Below, one piece after another: positions 1-13,209 of a stretch of 64,000 bases of DNA. Numbering within the stretch: the first letter of the stretch is position 1; every line of letters begins with the position of its first letter. The stretch is from Octopus sinensis (lineage: Eukaryota): contig NC_043019.1 in assembly GCF_006345805.1 (NCBI RefSeq), positions 24,613,360 through 24,677,359 on the forward strand, read 5' to 3'. A program made the position numbers and the translations under genes. Under the pieces are notes generated by a model. That model searched no databases, was not told the origin of the DNA, and saw only the letters and a program-made list of their open reading frames with translations.

Positions 1-100
1 CTTACAAAGAATAAGTCCTGCGGTCGATTTGTCCGACTAAAGGCGGTGCTCCAGCATGGCGGTAGTCAGATGACTGAAACAAGTAGAAGAATAAAAGAAT
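1..100 (+). mobile_element. SINE family A, 3' end (cut by window edge)
   Basis: Matches the 3' part of the full copies at 50873-51300 and 45841-46280 (GGCGGTGCTCCAGCATGGC..AGTCAGATGACTGAAACAAGTA..A-rich tail). Confidence 0.85.
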
Positions 101-156
101 GTGTGTACGTGTGTGTGTGTGTTATTTATATTTATATTGTGTGTGTTTCGATGGTT

Positions 157-360
<204 letters not shown>

Positions 361-1117
361 CGAGAAGCCTGCTAAGATCCTCATATTTTCAATGGTGTGT
401 TTAAAATTATTATAATAATTTACCTGATTGTATCATACAAAATGTGATGGCTGAAATCCCGGCACTTTAAGATCATACTCTAAATGAAATGTAGTCGGCG
501 ACATTTAATTTTAGGAAGCTCTCCATGTATATAAATAATTATGTGTTACCATAAGTATGTCTATTTATTGTTCTATCGTTCAGTTTCCACGCACTTCGCC
601 TGTAGGCAGTAATATGTATGCGAGGAAGATTCTTACTCTCCATTATAGATTCTGTCTAGGTCAAACAATTAGGTCGCATAGATTTATTTGACATCAGTGT
701 AAGGGATTTTGATAACAAATATATGCAAGTCTGTCGGACGATGTATAATAGACGTACAAAGTACAACCTTGATAGATAACCTGTCACATAAAGAGAAGCT
801 GGCTGATTGTCAATCGTCAATGGGCATCTACTGGACATCATTAGGAAGGCGCTCAAGTATTTTGCCCGATAAATATTTATAAGCATTTATCTCAATGTTG
901 TAAACTTCCTTGATTTACCAAATACAAACCGCGGCACTAAACAGAAAATGACCTCATACACTGACGTCACCTGTCTATTGTCTTTAAACACTAAATTAGT
1001 AACATAAGGAGAGGAATACCCATTCCTTCTTCAAACAATGAAAGCGACCAGGAAAAAATAGCATACAGACTTGTCTTATATTAAAAAAACTTTTCAAAAC
1101 GATATTATCATTGGAAA

Positions 1118-1536
1118 TATGTGGTAAGAAGTTTGCTTCCCACACACATGATTACGGGTTCAGTTCCACTGCGTGGGACGTTGAGCAAGTGTCTTCTATT
1201 GTAGCCTCGTGCCGACAAAAGTCTTGAGAGTGGATTTGGTAGGCGGAAACTGAAAAAAGTCTGTCGTATATATATATATATACGTATGTATGTACTTTTC
1301 TCTGTGTGTGTGCGTGTGTGTGTGTGTCTGTGTTTGTCCCTCCATCAGCACTTCGAGGTGGTGGTGTGTTTACAGCCCCGTAACGTAGTGGTTCGGTAAA
1401 TGTCCGACAGAATAAGTACTAAGAAGTACTAAGCTTCAAAACAATGTCCTGAGGTCAATTTGTTCTACTAAAACCTTTCAAGGTGGTGCACCAGCATGGC
1501 CGCATTCAAATGGCTGAAACAAGTAAGAGAATAAAA
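1118..1536 (+). mobile_element. SINE family A, diverged near-full copy
   Basis: tRNA-like head (GTGGTAAGAAGTTTGCTT..GGGTTCAGTTCC), internal TA/TG tract, 3' GCACCAGCATGGCCGCATTCAAATGGCTGAAACAAGTA; colinear with 50873-51300. Confidence 0.85.
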
Positions 1537-1666
1537 TTATTTCTGTCTCTCTTGTTTACGAAACAGACAGAAACAAGGAAAATGCCACTTGTATTTGAAC
1601 ATTATGCAAATATTCTTTTAAAAAACTTTCCTTTTAATTCCTCCAAAATTTAATTGTTTTCCATAC

Positions 1667-1708
1667 TTACAGTTGAAAAAGTCTCAATGACCGAAACCGG
1701 TACTGAAA
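1667..1708 (+). ncRNA. Minimal type I hammerhead-like motif, variant core (U3/A8)
   Basis: CAG | TTGAAAA | A GTC TCAAT GAC C | GAA | ACCGGT | A | CTG: stem I CAG/CTG, stem II GTC/GAC, palindromic stem III ACCGGT, GUA cleavage triplet at 1700-1702. Confidence 0.55.
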
Positions 1709-1796
1709 TATTTTTTATAAAATTATTTTAGTATTTTCTACCTTGACTTTTTTTTCCATATATATCAACTCGTGTGTTCCTTTTAAACCTTCTACA

Positions 1797-2142
1797 TGTA
1801 AGGGTAAAGACCCCCTTCGGTCATGAATGACCATGGGATTGCACCTAGAAAGTTACCTTCCTAGATACAAGTCTGGGCAAGGTTGTTTATGGAAGACCAG
1901 CAGTCGCCCATGCATACCAGCCTCCCCTCTCCACGCCACCAGTGTTATCCAAGGGAAAGACAAAGGTCGATACAGCTTGGCACCAGTGACGTTGCAACTC
2001 ATTTCTACAGTTGAGTGAACTGGAGCAACGTGAAATAAAGTGCCTTGCTCGAGAACACAACACGCAGCCCGGTCCGGGATTCGAGCTCACAACCTCACGA
2101 TCGTAAGCTCGACGCTCTAACCACTGAGCCATGCGCCTTCAC
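1797..2142 (-). mobile_element. SINE family D, tRNA(Arg)-like head, full length
   Basis: Minus strand starts GAAGGCGCATGGCTCAGTGGTTAGAGCG (A box), has anticodon-like loop CTTACGA and B-box-like GAGCTCGAATCC, then a body ending GACCGAAGGGGGTCTTTACCCTTAC. Confidence 0.85.
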
Positions 2143-2192
2143 ATATATACATATATAAATATATATATACACACATACATACATATATATAC

Positions 2193-2232
<40 letters not shown>

Positions 2233-2242
2233 ATGAATATAC

Positions 2243-2273
<31 letters not shown>

Positions 2274-2556
2274 GTTCCAATGAATGATAATATTTGTCCT
2301 AAACTATTTTCAAAATATCGTGAATTGGCCAGTGTACAAAACACCGAGATATTTTTTTTCTGTTTTTATTTTCTTTAACACTTTATAGCATTTGATAAAG
2401 CTGAGGAAATACATTCCCGGTAACCCACCCAAAATCGTTATTGTACCATTTCCAGACACTGCTCAGCAAGAAGTCTTGCAAATTGCTCATCATCAAAAAG
2501 CATTCGAAATTTCCCCTTCATGAATGTGTGTGCATATTACATATATATGTATGTGC

Positions 2557-2589
<33 letters not shown>

Positions 2590-3354
2590 TTCTGTGTAAT
2601 GATTCCTCTGTTTCTACCTGGACGATCGCCCAATCTCATAATAAACTCGCACATATTGCTTCAGATTCATTACGGATCTGACACAGTAAGGATAATTTTC
2701 CTAACATTACCACATGTTAATTTTGATTTACATTCTTTCTCCCCACTGTCCCCCTCTCCTTCGCCATCTCTCTCTCTCTCTCTCTCTCTCTATCCATCCA
2801 TCTATCTATCTATCAATATATGTATACTTTCTTCTTAATTCTTTTACGCAATGGGGGACATACACAGACACAAACACACACACACACACACACACATATA
2901 TACATTCATATATGTGTATGTGTGTGTATGTGTGTGTGTATATGCGTGTGTGTGTGTGTGTGTGTATGTATAGTTGATAGCTCTACCTTCCAAATAGATG
3001 TCCGCACACACACAAAAAATATAAATAAATAAATCCGACAATTAATTATGGAAATATTTTTTTAACCCTTAAATACAAAGTCAAAATTCACCAATCGATA
3101 GTAGATGCGCGATATAAAGCATGAAATTTACCGGGAGATAATGATTTAATAATCATAAATCTAGTAATGAGAATTTTACCAGTTATAATATTACTACCAT
3201 GATCCTTTGCAAAATATAACAACAATACGCTACAGCTGCCGTTTCGTGCAGAGGAAGTGTCTGAGAATGTCTTGAAATGTAAGTTCTTGTTTCAGACTAA
3301 CATTTAGAAACTACTCAGGGAAATGCGAAAAGCCTTTCAATTTACTGGAAGTTA

Positions 3355-3510
3355 CTGGAAGAATCGTTAGAGCTTCGGACAAAATGACTTCCGTTATTCC
3401 TTCAGGCTTATTACGTTCTGAGTTCAACTCCCGCTGAGGTTAACTTTGGTATTCTTCTTTTCAGGAACTCTAAAATGAAGTACCAGTCGAGTACTGAAGT
3501 TGATGTAATC
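3355..3510 (+). mobile_element. SINE family B, old degenerate copy
   Basis: GAATCGTTAG..TTACGTTCTGAGTTCAACTCCCGCTGAGGTTAACTTTG..AAGTACCAG aligns to younger family B copies. Confidence 0.6.
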
Positions 3511-3550
3511 ATCGGAACCATCCCACTAAAATTGCTGGACTCCTGCGCAA

Positions 3551-3620
<70 letters not shown>

Positions 3621-3622
3621 TA

Positions 3623-3667
<45 letters not shown>

Positions 3668-3687
3668 TACTATTATTATTATTATTA

Positions 3688-3721
<34 letters not shown>

Positions 3722-3729
3722 GATCATCA

Positions 3730-3766
<37 letters not shown>

Positions 3767-3768
3767 CA

Positions 3769-3813
<45 letters not shown>
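3551..3813. repeat. (ATT)n with ATC interruptions
   Basis: Directly visible. Confidence 0.98.
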
Positions 3814-3818
<5 letters not shown>

Positions 3819-4068
3819 TTCTTTCAATCATGATTCCTTTTCTTGGTGTGTGTCTTCCTGACACCTAGGGCAGAGAAACGCACTGTATACATTGGTAGGC
3901 CATTAAAACAAACACACCAGAGTGTTCATTTACAAAGTCACGTAATAGAGAAAAGGGGTAAGAAAGGCTGAGAGAAAGGGGAAAATATAAAAGTAAACAA
4001 AGAAAATAAAGGGGAAAAAGGAAAGAAAATATTATTATTGTTATCATTATCATCATCATCATCATCAT

Positions 4069-4109
<41 letters not shown>

Positions 4110-4982
4110 AAAGACGCCCCTTTTAAATCGGTAGTAAGTTTTGTTATTTATTGTGTTTAAAAAGGTAAACCGTTAAATTGTTTATGTTGCTTTGAGCAGG
4201 ACCATGAAAAACTGGTCCCCTACGAATCATTTTGAGCTTGCGAGGTGGAATTTGTTAATCTTTCGTGGAATTTCGTCATGAAAAATAACATCAAAGTATA
4301 GTAGCATCGACGTTTGTGACAAGATACCTGCAGGAGATAAATGAAGAAGTAAATAGTCCCCCATTCAAATGACTGTAAGCCAAACCACCACAACTAACAT
4401 CGACGACGACGACGACGACTAAAGAAGAGAAACAACAACCTTCCCCATTCACCAGCGTCACCAACGCAACATGTGTCAGTAACGACAACCAAAAACCCAG
4501 CAGCAACGACATCAGTATAAGCAATAACGGTGTTCCTAACCAAAACAACAACACCGCCGTTAGTTCAACGTAAATGAAGCAGTCACAGCCGCAGCAGCAG
4601 ACAACTGCCAACTTGAAATATTTACCAGCAACTAATGCAACCACAACTGCCGTTTTCACCACAAGTCAGATGCATCAGTGCCAAGGCCATAACATAGCAA
4701 CTCAAGGAGTGTAAGACGTTTTACTAACAGCGCAACTCGAGTCACAGAAGAACTTGAGTTGAGCTGCAGAGAGTAATTATTAAAGAAGGAACGTCATTGC
4801 TCAAAATGAGTAGAAAGACAGCGTAGCGCTAACCATTTACATCATCGACAGAATCAATCAATTATTGTAACTCGTAATGAGGTGAAGAGTTGGCGGGTTG
4901 AAAGACTAACTCAAGGACTGACGGAAAGATGTCTGAAGCCAGTGTGGAAACAAAAAGAGAAGCGTTTGCCACGTGAGATAAT

Positions 4983-5577
4983 CTATTTCTTTACTACCCA
5001 CAAGGGGCTACACACAGAATGGACAAACAAGGACAGACAAACGGATTAAGTCGATTACATCGACTCCAGTGCGTAACTGGTACTTAATTTATCGACCCCG
5101 AAAGGATGAAAGGCAAAGTCGACCTCGGCGGAATTTGAACTCAGAACGTAACGGCAGACGAAATACCTGTTTCTTTATTACCCACAAGGGGCTACACACA
5201 GAAGGGACAAACAAGGACAGACAAACGGATTAAGTCGATTACATCGACCCCAGTGCGTAACTGGTACTTAATTTATCGACCCCGAAAGGATGAAAGGCAA
5301 AGTCGACCTCGGCGGAATTTGAACTCAGAACGTAACGGCAGACGAAATACCTGTTTCTTTATTACCCACAAGGGGCTACACACAGAAGGGACAAACAAGG
5401 ACAGACAAACGGATTAAGTCGATTACATCGACCCCAGTGCGTAACTGGTACTTAATTTATCGACCCCGAAAGGATGAAAGGCAAAGTCGACCTCGGCGGA
5501 ATTTGAACTCAGAACGTAACGGCAGACGAAATACGGCTACGCATTTCGCTCGGCGTGATAACGTTTCTGCCAGCTCG
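4983..5577 (-). mobile_element. SINE family B: one head plus three tandem 184-bp body units
   Basis: CCCACAAGGGG recurs at 4997, 5181 and 5365 (period 184). The single head (TTTCTGCCAGCTCG) is at the right end. Units 2 and 3 appear identical. Confidence 0.95.
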
Positions 5578-6439
5578 ATAATCAATGTGGCTCAATTAAT
5601 GTGAGATCAGGACCTGAAACCAAAGCATGAATGAACTCCACAGTCTCAATTCTTTCTATCTTTCGTCTTCTTTCTATCTTTTATGGTTAAACTGGCTCCA
5701 ATTGTGAGGGTGGCAGATGCGAAACCAGAAATAGATATCTGGTCGTTGGTGTCGGGTGTTTTACCCGATGGTAATGATGTGGTAATGTTAAAACTTCAAG
5801 TGACACACACTAAGAAAACTGATCGAACAAAGGCATGAAGCTATATTTCAAATAAATCACAAGCCCGAAGCCACCGTCAACCTAATCGAAGTACCAAATG
5901 GCACTCTTGTAAAAATTGATAGTAGAGGGTAGAAGACCAAGTTGTCACATTTGTGGTTAGAGCAACCATCTACGTTTTTCTGTCCACAACAGATGAAATA
6001 TGACCCTGCTGCTATCAATGTCACAATACAATAACAATAACAGTGTGCAATTAACCACAACTGCGAAAGCATGACCATCAACAACAATTAAAACAGACAG
6101 AAATACACCATGACAACAAGAAAATCAGCATCAACATCATCAGCAAAAGAAACACATCACATAACATATCTCTCCCTACTTCAGATCACTCAGACATGTC
6201 CTGTACCGAGTATAGCAAAAATGAAATATGGGAAATTTGGAAAACAATATGGAAAAACAAAGGAATGTACAAAAATTTACTGGTGGAAACCCAAAATTAG
6301 CCGGAAGGAGGGATCAGCAGTCCTTTTATCCAATATGGTCTTACTCGGAATAAGCAGGAGATTTTAAGTAGCCAAGATTCGCCATGGAAGCGTGGTCACC
6401 TACTCAACGACCTCAGGACAGTAGATATAGATGTACCTG

Positions 6440-6720
6440 TCATCAATAAATCCCTCTGGTGACGTTGAAGAAAGAGGCTGTTTGGTGGACGACATTGAAA
6501 GGGTTGAAGAGAGAGACCTTCCTGTTTGGCCTAATCTGCATCAAATTTTTCAAGTTTCACTTAAAAAGGAAAATGAGTGTCGAGAGGAAGGTTCTGCCTC
6601 CTAAAACATTTGTTGAAAAAGTGTATGAAAGTGATAAGCATAGTCGGAGTGGACAGTCTTGCTCTGAGCATGCGCCAGTAGAATGGGACAAGGAGAGGAT
6701 GCTTGGTTGATGAATTAGGA
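6440..6720 (+). mobile_element. L1/Tx1-like LINE, decayed ORF2 C-terminus
   Basis: Translation KEAVWWTTLKGLKRETFLFG..FFKFHLKRKMSVERKVLPPKTFVEK resembles, from memory, C-termini of mollusc L1/Tx1-type ORF2. Not verified by search. Confidence 0.5.
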
Positions 6721-6753
6721 TGGTTGTAGTTTTGTGGAATTTTTACGAATACC

Positions 6754-6982
6754 TATTTCTTTACTACCCACACTGGCTAAACATAGAGGGGACAAACAAG
6801 AACAGACAAAGGGATTAAGTCGATTACATCGACCCTAGTGCGTAACTGGTACTTAATTTATCGACCCCGAAAGGATGAAAGGTAAAGTCGACCTCGCCGG
6901 AATTTGAACTCACAACGTAACGGCAGACGAAATACTGCTAAGCATTTCGCCCGACGTGCTAACGTTTCTGCCAGCTCGCTTG
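6754..6982 (-). mobile_element. SINE family B, full length, tail type A, 8-bp TSD
   Basis: Full head-to-tail copy flanked by CGAATACC at 6746-6753 and 6983-6990. Confidence 0.92.
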
Positions 6983-7182
6983 CGAATACCATTATGTCTC
7001 CCCTGTTTTGAGGATTATGTTTTTGTTTTGAATTTTTGTTGAAATTGTTATATATTTTGTTTTAGTTCTTTCTCTTGTTTACACGTTGTTTTATGTGATG
7101 CCCCACCACCCACTGCGTTGTTTAATACATTGCTCTTATAGTCATTTTTTTTTTTTCGTTAATAAAGAAAGTATTACCGTTA

Positions 7183-7377
7183 TTCTGGCAGAATAATACT
7201 AATGCTTAACAGTATTTCTTCCTGCTTTACGTTCTGAGTTCAAATTCCGCCGAGGTCGACTTTACCTTTCACCCTTTCGAGGTCTATAAAATAAGTCCCA
7301 GCTGAGCACTGGATCCAATGTAATTGACTTGCCCCTCTCCCAAAATTTCGAGCCTTACGTTCAATAGTAGAAAGAGT
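7183..7377 (+). mobile_element. SINE family B, tail type B
   Basis: CTGGCAGAAT..GTTCTGAGTTCAAATTCCGCCGAGGTCGACTTTACCTTTCACCCTTTCGAGGTC..CCCCTCTCCCAAAATTTCGAGCCTT..TAGTAGAAAGAG. Confidence 0.85.
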
Positions 7378-7589
7378 GGTATTGTGCTAGGGTTACCAGA
7401 GGAATAAAACAAATCATTTATGAATTCAATCGAAGTCTGCTGGAGAGTGAATGCTTCTCAATCAGTTCAATGATTTTCATCTCACTTCACAGTGTAAGAA
7501 CAGTTCATTCATGAGTCGACTTTGAGCCGATAAAGTAAGTACTAGTTCAATTGTTATCACTGTTATTATTATTATTATTATTATTATTA

Positions 7590-7857
7590 AAGGTTAGGAT
7601 CACCAAGCATAGATTGGCATATTTCGGTCATATTATGCGGAGAAAATCCCTGGAGAAGGACATCATGCTCGGAATGGTCAGTGGCAAGAGAGGAATAGGC
7701 CGACCAAGAACCCGCTGGCTTGACACCATCAAGAGTGATACCGGAATGGACATAGCCAATCTGAAAGAAGCGGCCCAGGATAGAACTGACTGGAGGACAC
7801 TGATCCAACGAGTGACCGAGAGTCGACTTCGACTGAGCGAATAGAGAGAGAGAGATT
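7590..7857 (+). mobile_element. RTE-clade LINE 3' end (5'-truncated)
   Basis: Open frame RLAYFGHIMRRKSLEKDIMLGMVSGKRGIGRPRTRWLDTIKSDTG..AAQDRTDWR..RVTESRLRLSE* is the typical RTE/BovB-type ORF C-terminus, followed by an (AG)n tail. Confidence 0.9.
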
Positions 7858-8303
7858 AAAGGCTAATAATAATAATAATAATAATAATAAAGTGTACTTT
7901 AAACAAATGCAAATGCATTCATAAAATATATTAAGAGTAGTTAACAATGGAGTTGCAGAGATGTGTATTTGATATATCTTTTCCACTTTTCTTGCTGATT
8001 GTCTATAAAATATCTTTGTTCACATCTCGTTTGCGCGCGCGCGGTGTGCGTGTGTGTGTGTGTGTGTATGTGTATGTGTGTGTGTGTGGTGTGTGTGTGT
8101 GTGTATGTGTATGTGTGTGTGTGTGTGTGTGTGTGTAACACACATAATTAAATAGCAAGAAAACTATTGGCAGTATGTATTTAGTCTTTACATATTCGGC
8201 ACTTAAATAAGTAACCGCCTGCTTTCAATTTCTTAGCTATTTTCACCAGACATAAAGGAAAATACGGCGTTATCATTAATGTGTGTGCGTGTGACTGATA
8301 TAT

Positions 8304-8334
<31 letters not shown>

Positions 8335-8736
8335 CTTAACCCAGTGTCCTTTCAAATAAAGCACTTCAACGCTGTTCCTTGCGTCAGTATAATAAATAGA
8401 GTAGGTGCCAGCTATATCAGGTCTATAAATGCGAAGTCCTTATTTTCGTTATGATCAAACACCCGGATATAAAGAAGAAGAAAAAGACCGAAAAAAAGAA
8501 CAGCCAGCAAGAAGAACGTTAATTGCAAATTATACAATATGTACTTAATCTATCAGTCTCTTCCACTGTTCTCCTAATTTGCCCCATTAATTATGAATCT
8601 TTACATTCAGCATTTTGGCAATCATTCTTCAACCAGATTCATATCTTTCGCTCGATTGTGTCTGCCTAAATTATCTTTGTAACTTATTCTTCATGAAAAA
8701 ATATATCTAAAGAAAACAAACAAATGAAAAAAGTCA

Positions 8737-8773
<37 letters not shown>

Positions 8774-9092
8774 CATATAGCCATATACCTATATACAAAA
8801 TAATGCACGCCCGTAAAGAGTCCTATACCTACATAGAAAGTAATCTTCTTGTATATTGTTCAGTCTATTTCTTTTAGCTTTCTTTTGCCCTTCTTTTAGT
8901 AGTTTGCAACTTTTCTGCTTGACTGCATCTTTCATATTATTTGATAGCGCTATTCCTATCTTGTACTCAGTTGACTTCGTAAATATAGAAAACAGCTTTC
9001 ATTCTTTAATATTCTCTAATAAATTTCTTATAGCACATAGTCGTAAGAACATAAAGCTGTTAAAGTTATTAACGTTATCATTGCTATTGCTA

Positions 9093-9410
9093 GTGGTGGT
9101 GGTGGTGGTGGCGGCGGCGGTGGTGGTGGTGGTGGTGGTGGTGGTGGTGGTGGTGGTGGTGGCAGTGCTCATGATGCGTGTGGTGTTTGTGGTGATAATG
9201 GTAGAGGTGGTAGTGATGTTAGTAGTAGTAGTTGTGGTGATGGTGGTGATAAGATGCTAGCAGCAGTAGCAACATCGATAGTAGTAGTAGTAGTAGTAGT
9301 TAGTAGTAGTAGTAGTAGTCGTAGTAGTAATAGCATAATATTTGTTTCTGTAGCAACGGCTTTGTCTTCAGATAGCCTTTCGTTGTTATTGTATTTGTTG
9401 TTAAATGGCG

Positions 9411-9478
<68 letters not shown>
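9093..9478. repeat. Compound (GGT)n/(AGT)n/(AAT)n microsatellite cluster
   Basis: Directly visible. Confidence 0.95.
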
Positions 9479-9479
<1 letters not shown>

Positions 9480-10789
9480 GTGTCGGTGGAGAAGAGAGGA
9501 GGACGTGGTGATGAGGACTAAGGCAAAGCTAACAACAATCATAATATCCCCGCAGCTTTTCTATTCATTTGTTTGTTTTTGTTTTTTTGCTCGTGACTTC
9601 ACTTACGAAAATCACCAAGGCTGTACCCTAGTGCCCTACCACCCACACAAATCCACAACAGACCTACAAACACATACACTTACGGTATATTAGCAATCGA
9701 CAATATGTGTTCCATACGAGATTCATTTTCAGGATTTTGAGGACTCCAAGACTTCCAAGTTACAGTGTCAATGTTATAAATCTGCCTCAACACCTTTAAC
9801 CTATTGAAATATCTCTCACTGCAGATCTGTGTCCTTACATATAGTTATGCCTTAATATCGGTCTTTATGAACCTTTGGTTATTATCAGTTTAGATATTGG
9901 GCAGAAGGCTACGAACTTGTGGAGAAGGGTTATAGTCGCTGAAAGATTACTTGTATATGCATGTATCGTCCAGGCGGAGCTTCATCTCAGATCGTAAAAA
10001 GATGTTCTCTTTACATTAAAGTTCCTTTCTTGTATATTCTCCTTGCTCTTTATCCTCTATGAAGGTGATATAGTAGCAATGGAGCCTCTACATCTAGCTG
10101 TTCACCTGTTTTTTTTGTTTTTTTTTTGGTGGTGGTGGTGGGGGGGGGGGGTTAAAGCACTGCTTGGACCTTGACAGTTTATTTTGTTGCAAATTTTCAG
10201 ACCAGAACTCTATCCACGTCACTCCTATGGACATTGACTGGCAAATATTCAGGCTGTGAATCAAATGCATCAATTTTAGCAGTGGAGGAAAGCCCGGAAA
10301 AGTCGCTAGAGCTTCCTTTTCCAACGAAATTACTCTAATGCATATATATCGATATCTATTGCTTCTATATCAATGTCTACCTATAAATGTATGTGCGTGT
10401 GTGTGTGTGTGTGTAGGAGTACATATATATATATGTTTATATATATATGTTTATATATACATAGATTCATATATACATACATACGTACATACATGTATGT
10501 ATGTATATGTATACATACATAGCATTTCAAAAGTAACTTAGTGTAACTGAGTGTGGATATATTAATATACACACTTGTGTCTTCAAACGACGAATGATCT
10601 TTACAATTTCATACCTTACAGTTTCCTTTCTAAGATATTTTTTCCTCCGTAAACCTCGACGCTATTGTTGTTTTTGTAACCAAACAAAACTACAGAAAGA
10701 AGGCTTCCAGTCGTAAAGTTTACTTCTGTGTTAATAGTTACTTTGGATCTTCAGTGGAACCCAATCATATTCCTAAACACACAATAGTG

Positions 10790-11250
10790 AACATGTAGAT
10801 ATGGCTAACGAACGGGAACATTTTTACCGAGAAACGTGTGGTTATGCTGAGGCAAACAAATGATTATCACCTATGATGTTCTTGTCGGTGTTCCGAGCGA
10901 TAACATAAACTCAATAGTCGAATTCTAGATTTAGTTTAAGTACATTGCTAATTCCCTGGATTTTAAAGTTCTTAAGGAGAATATGCGAGGATGGATTGAT
11001 CCAGAAAGTAAATAAGGTGTCTTTAAAACGGAACGAAATCACCCCTTTGCCACAACTGAATTTAGGATAGTATAACGAATATCAAGGTTCATAAATATAC
11101 GTTGAGTCCCTTTTGTAAAGAGGAGAAAGAAGGAAAATAGTGTTTAATGTCTTACTTTTATAATTGATGATATGTAATTCAGCTGTTTGGTCCATTGTCG
11201 AAATACACAGTTGAAATTTATCGGCCAAGCATATTTATCAGTGGAGAAGG
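10790..11250 (+). pseudogene. Possible heavily decayed Penelope-like GIY-YIG endonuclease region
   Basis: Frame-shifted peptides (LTNGNIFTE..VV, ITYDVLV, EFRIV, PFCKEEK) occur in the order expected for the Cys-rich linker and GIY-YIG C-terminus of Neptune-type PLEs. Many stops. Confidence 0.3.
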
Positions 11251-11339
11251 AAATACAACGTCATTATAATTTTGTTGGGAAATATTAATTTCGACTTTGT
11301 CAAAATTGTTTGATCATAGGAACTTAGCCATGTTTACTT

Positions 11340-11472
<133 letters not shown>

Positions 11473-12860
11473 TGCGTGCGTGTGTATACACATATGTTTA
11501 TTAATGAATTATAGTCTTTCAAGGCCGAGAAAGCAGTTCTGCAATTTCTTGCAAGAAAACTTCACCGATGATTCGTTTGCTTATAGCGATCAAATGTTTG
11601 CTCTGCAGACAAACCCATTGCCTGTATAGGTTCACGAGTGTGTTACAATTCAGATCTCGAAGTGATCGCATGGGGGTATATACATATATGTGCTTACGCT
11701 CATTAATTGATAAATATACATGCATGTCCATGTTTGCTTAAGACTAATTTCATTACAGTCTTACGGAAATTTTATGCTGGTAAATGCGCTATCCAACACT
11801 AACAGCTCAGATTTGAATGATCTGTCAATAAAGTTTAATGATTGACCAGTCCAATATGAGGGAGTAAACCGCACTGAGTTTGCACAGTGATACCGTATCG
11901 ATACCAAATGAAAGACAGAATTAATAAAATTCAATCGGTCGTCCAAAACCAGGAAAAGATTTGTAAGTTAGAATACTTATCAGATGAGTATTTCTAACTT
12001 ATGTCTTCTAACTTATGTCTTCATTTCTGACAGAAGTAATAAAGTTTTTACTTTTCCAGATAACGAAACCAAATTTCTGTTGAAGGTGGAACTAGAGAGA
12101 AATTGGTTAGCGTTGTTATCCGGAATGTGACTTTATAAAACCTGGCCTTCTAAGACAATGACAATCTTAGCTATATTAAATAATAAAAGAAATTCCTTTA
12201 TTCTTAAAATATGTGAAGTCAATAAGTTTCAAGTCCACAACGAAAAATACTGCCTAACAAAAGTTTGTGAATTGTTATATACACTTGACGAATTTTTGAT
12301 AAAGCTCAGCCAAATTGATATTAGATGGTGGAGAGGGAATAATGGTCAGAAAGATTTGAAGGTGATGAGAATACAAAAGCAGTGAAAGAAAGTAATATGA
12401 ATTGTATGACATTTTTCATTGCTTTGTGGGTAAAAGGGACAAACAATTGATCTTACTGAGAGGAAAAAAAAATATAATCAACTTTACAACCAGATTTAAA
12501 TCTTCAGCTGACATATTCTCATTGACTTTTTTTTCTTTTTTGATTTATTGAGAGTAAAAAAAAAAATTAAGCAGTAAGTTGATAAAATAACAATAGAAAT
12601 GTGACAGTTGAGAAGTGAATGTTTAACTGAAATGATTAGAGACCCAAAATATCATCTTAATGGGGGTCAATAAAGGTAACTCGGAGTTCAGCCACGACAA
12701 ATAATAACGAATACAGAAAGCTGCGAGAAAAAATCTTTTACAGAAAATAATTTCTTTGTAAACAAAAACAAACAAAAAAAAACAAAAAAAAAATCAAAAC
12801 AAAGAAATAAAATAACTACAAAGCAACAAAAACTTTGTCGAGCTATATTTAGTCGCATAA

Positions 12861-12876
12861 TGTAGTAGTAGTAGTT

Positions 12877-12922
<46 letters not shown>

Positions 12923-13095
12923 AGTAGTAGTAGTAGCAGTGGTTTTTCAATCCTACATTATAGCGTCTCAATGTAGTTCAATGCTGGAAGACCTTATAGT
13001 GAGCTAACAAAGACGAATGTTGTCAGATTTGACCTTATAATAGCTTCAAATAAATCTATGATTATATGTTTGTCTTGCTTGCCGGTACGTTTCTT

Positions 13096-13165
<70 letters not shown>

Positions 13166-13172
13166 GGTGGTG

Positions 13173-13208
<36 letters not shown>

Positions 13209-13209
13209 G
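12861..13209. repeat. Two (TAG)n arrays (12861-12936, 13097-13209), the second with a (TGG)n core
   Basis: Directly visible. Confidence 0.95.

Noticed and set aside
4291-4662. 123-aa hydrophobic ORF suggesting a membrane protein
   Set aside because: The composition arises from AAC/CAG/GAC-rich low-complexity DNA on the other strand.
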